A DNA stretch of 64,000 nucleotides, taken from the NCBI RefSeq assembly GCF_009914755.1, contig NC_060935.1; one strand, 5' to 3'. A program made the position numbers and the translations under genes. The notes beneath the pieces were generated by a model. That model did no database searches, was not told the DNA's origin, and was given only the letters and a program-made list of their open reading frames with translations. Below are positions 60,771-64,000 of the stretch, piece by piece. The first letter of the stretch is position 1, and each line of letters begins with the position of its first letter. The DNA is from the human T2T-CHM13v2.0 reference genome, Homo sapiens.

Positions 60771-61000
60771 AATTTGTTTGACTAAAAAAACATTTATTGT
60801 ACATCTACTGTGTGTTAGGTGCTATGGACACAGATATGAATAATATCTATACCCTGCTTTTAGGAGCTTGTGTTGTGTGGGGTTTTTTTGGTATGTGTGT
60901 GTGGAATGACAGATACATATAGAAAACATCAACAAAGTGTCATAAATGGAATCACAGAAGTGTATGTGAAGTGCTATGGAAGCCCAGAGGGGAGTGGCTA
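60771..61000 (-). mobile_element. L2 3' end, tail-to-tail with the previous element
   Basis: aaacatttattgtacatctactgtgtgttaggtgctatggacacag. Confidence 0.7.
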
Positions 61001-63339
61001 ACACATAAACTGGAAATAGACACGTAACAGTGAGACTGTGAGTAAATACTTAGAAATGTACCACTAATAATTTAGAGGAGGCAATTGGTGTGACTGGGAT
61101 GATCAAGGCAAGGTTTGGCCTAATTCTTTGATATTCTAGGCATAATCTCACTTACATAAGCAGAAGTTCCTTTTATCACAATCATGCCAATGTTGCAAAT
61201 TAAAATATACAATATTTGTCCACACTAAAGAGGATGAATCTAGGTGTAAGGGTGTTTGAAGCCTGGCAGAGCTGACAGCTGGATGGTTCTGGGCCAATTT
61301 AGCAACATGAGAGTACTATCAGGGCTTGCCTCTGAAACTGTTGTTTGAGGTTTACAGCTTGAACATTAAAGAATACATAACTAAATAAAAAGGAAAGAGT
61401 TCATTCTGGAATTAAACTCTGAATGATAGAACCTGGTTTTGCTGGTTCCCCCAACGTGATGAGGCATGCACCCACTAGGAACCAGGCAGGGCAAATTTCC
61501 TTCATCCAGGAGTGGCTGCCATGCGGAGAGGAACAAGAATGAGCATGGCTCAGGCTCCTGGCCTCCTGCTGGAGAGCTGGTGCATTCGCATTGGGCAGCA
61601 AGTGGGGTCTGGCACCCTGTCTTTGATTCGGGAAAGGAGGTTCAATAGGAATTTGCCACTGCAACCATAACGAATGGGCTTTGTGGGCTTGGTCGGTGGG
61701 GGTCAGGTGGCCCTGGGAGGTTCTGAGCACTCTGTGCAGGCCAACACGCAGAGAGACACACCCCAGCCAAACATACACATGCATGGATGCTCCTCTTCTG
61801 TAAAATGATGGCGTTGGCAAGTGGCAAGTGCTGAAGCAGCATCATGCAGTGGAAAAATCAAAAATGGAAAATAAGGAGGTGCAGGCCTAAGTCCCACCAC
61901 AACCTGATTATGTGGGCTGAACCATGCGTGACTTTCAAATGCTCCTCAGGCACCTGTTGCTTAAGGTCTGCAATAGAGGAAGGGATAGAAGCCCATTCAT
62001 TTTGAAACCACTTTCCTCTAACCTGTGCCACCTTTGGGTCACTTCCGACCTTACAAAGGCATATAGACTTTTTGGTAGGGGAAAGTGTTTGGGTAAGATG
62101 GCCCAATCCTTTTCCTCCGAGACCTGCTTCAGAGCCACTTAATCCTCTAAGCCTTCTGCATTTCCCTTCTCCTGTTCTCCCTCTGGCTCTTGGGAGGGGA
62201 AACCCTGTGTCCATCTTCCCCTGCCAGCTGCAGTTGGGGGCATTAGACAATCAGGAAGAGGAGGCATGGTAGGGAAGACAGTGGTAGCTTTGGTCCAGTT
62301 CCTTTTATTACCCCTTTCCTCCTTTCCTTGAAAGGCTCACCTTGTTTCCAGACCCCTGATTGTATGTGCCTGCGTGGGTCATTTCAGGGCTCTTCTCTGG
62401 AGGGTGGAAGAGGCCTTGGGCTCGCCCAGAGGGTGGGCTGTGCTGCCAACGAGATTGATGCTGAGGCAGAGTGTGGGAGGAAAACTGCAGGGCACAGAAG
62501 AGCAGCAGCTGGCTTGTCTTCCATGAAGCATTTGCTGAGCATTTGGTAGAGATCAAATGACTTTTTAATCCTCATAACCTTCCCAAAAAGATAGTATTAG
62601 CATTACCTTACAGATACGAAAATGGAGCGGTCAAGAAGTGAACTTAGTTGCTGGGTTTACCCCTTTACTGGGATCAGCTTGCTTGATTGCTTTAAGGAAG
62701 ATACCAAAAATAGGTCTTTGTGCATAAACCCATGTGCTATGCATGACCTGAAATGGAGCCAGAAGCTGGCAGAAATAAAGGTGGCTGCAGGGAGTAGGCA
62801 TTCTGACTTTTTGTTTCTCTTTTGTGGAGACTTCCATGCTCTCAGCTTGCCTGCTTCAGTCTTCCCTTGTGCTGACTGGCCAGCTCTCCCTACTTCCCTA
62901 GTCCATACCCAAAGGGGCAAGTGAGAATGGTTTGCTCATCTTCACTTCCCCAGGAAGGCAGAGCTCAGCTGCTAGGATACCTCACTGGCCCTTGAAAATG
63001 GTGATGTCTACATTTGAAAAAAATTATTTTTTTTCGTCGTAAAAAAGCATGTATTATAACCAGTTGCATGTATACATACATGTCATAAGGTAAAGCTGTA
63101 AATTCACACACATAGCAGACACAAACACACAGATATACAATCACACACACCCACATATATATAAACACATTTTAGAAACATATATAACTGAAAAACGTTT
63201 TATGAAACAATGTTACATTCAAATTACTCTGATATTTTCCATTCTTTTCTATCCAATTAGAAGTACTGCTCATTATCCACCAAAGTGATTTCATAATCCA
63301 CTAATGAGTTGAAACCCTTGCATGGAAGAACGCTGATCT

Positions 63340-64000
63340 CCCTGTTGGAAGGGCCTCGGGGCTCAGTCCTTGGCCCTCTCCCATTCTTTCTCTCACTCCC
63401 TTTTGATGATCTCATCCAGTTTTATGATTTAAACATCATATATACTGATGACTCCCAAATTTACACCTCCAGCCAGGGCCTCCTCCCGCATCTCCATCCT
63501 CACATATCCAACAGCCTGTTCTTAAAGTCCAGTGGCAGCTCAGACTAGATCCTGACCCTCACCCCCACACCTATGCTTCCTTCAACCCACCTCAGCAAAT
63601 GGCACTTCCATTCCTCCAGATGCTCAGGCTAAATCACTTGGAGAGATTTCCCTGATCCCACACCATATCCAATCCACTTTCAGATACTCTTGGCTTCAAA
63701 CTACATCTAGAAATCAACAACTGTTCACCAACTCCACCACCTCCATTCTGCTTCAAGCACCATCATCTCTCTCTCAGGTCATTCTAACAGCCTCTTAGCC
63801 AATCCCCTTGCTTTCACCTCTGCCAGAGACCTTTAAACATATGTCAGATCATGTTGTTCCTCTGCTCAAAACCCTTCAGGGAATCCTCATCTTATGCAGA
63901 GTGGAACTCAGTCTTCCCTACGGCCTTCGTGGACCTCCGCCATTGGGTTCCTGTGACTCTCCGGCCTTGTCCTTTGTTGCTTTCCACACCTCCCATGCAC
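63340..64000 (+). mobile_element. L2a fragment running off the window
   Basis: gggctcagtccttggccctct...gatctcatccagt...ctgatgactcccaaattta...gtcagatcatgttgttcctctgctcaaaaccctt. Confidence 0.85.

Overview
Repeat-dense hominoid (human or great-ape) genomic DNA, intergenic or intronic. I found no supportable cellular protein-coding gene, RNA gene or CRISPR array. Two + strand LINE-1s dominate. (1) A full-length L1PA2/L1PA3-type element (3353-9375) has a broken ORF1, an ORF2 open for 1162 codons, a 14-bp TSD and a 65-bp 3' transduction with its own poly(A). (2) An older L1PA6-like element (~36768-41808) has lost its 3' end but keeps an open antisense ORF0 and the 129-bp ZNF93-site segment that the younger copy lacks. 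The rest is Alu, MIR, L2, old L1M, MaLR/ERVL LTRs and hAT MITEs, often deeply nested. The most unusual structure not explained by repeats is a set of locally templated insertions. The clearest is a 179-bp copy of 45484-45662 placed at 48332-48510 between a 10-bp direct repeat and a perfect 21-bp inverted repeat. There are also a few candidate enhancers (one CpG-retaining, with CTCF-like and PBX-HOX-like motifs) and weak candidate non-coding exons. I cannot support a genuinely new biological system. Subfamily names come from recalled consensus sequences, boundaries of old repeats are approximate, and many small MIR/L2 fragments are not listed.
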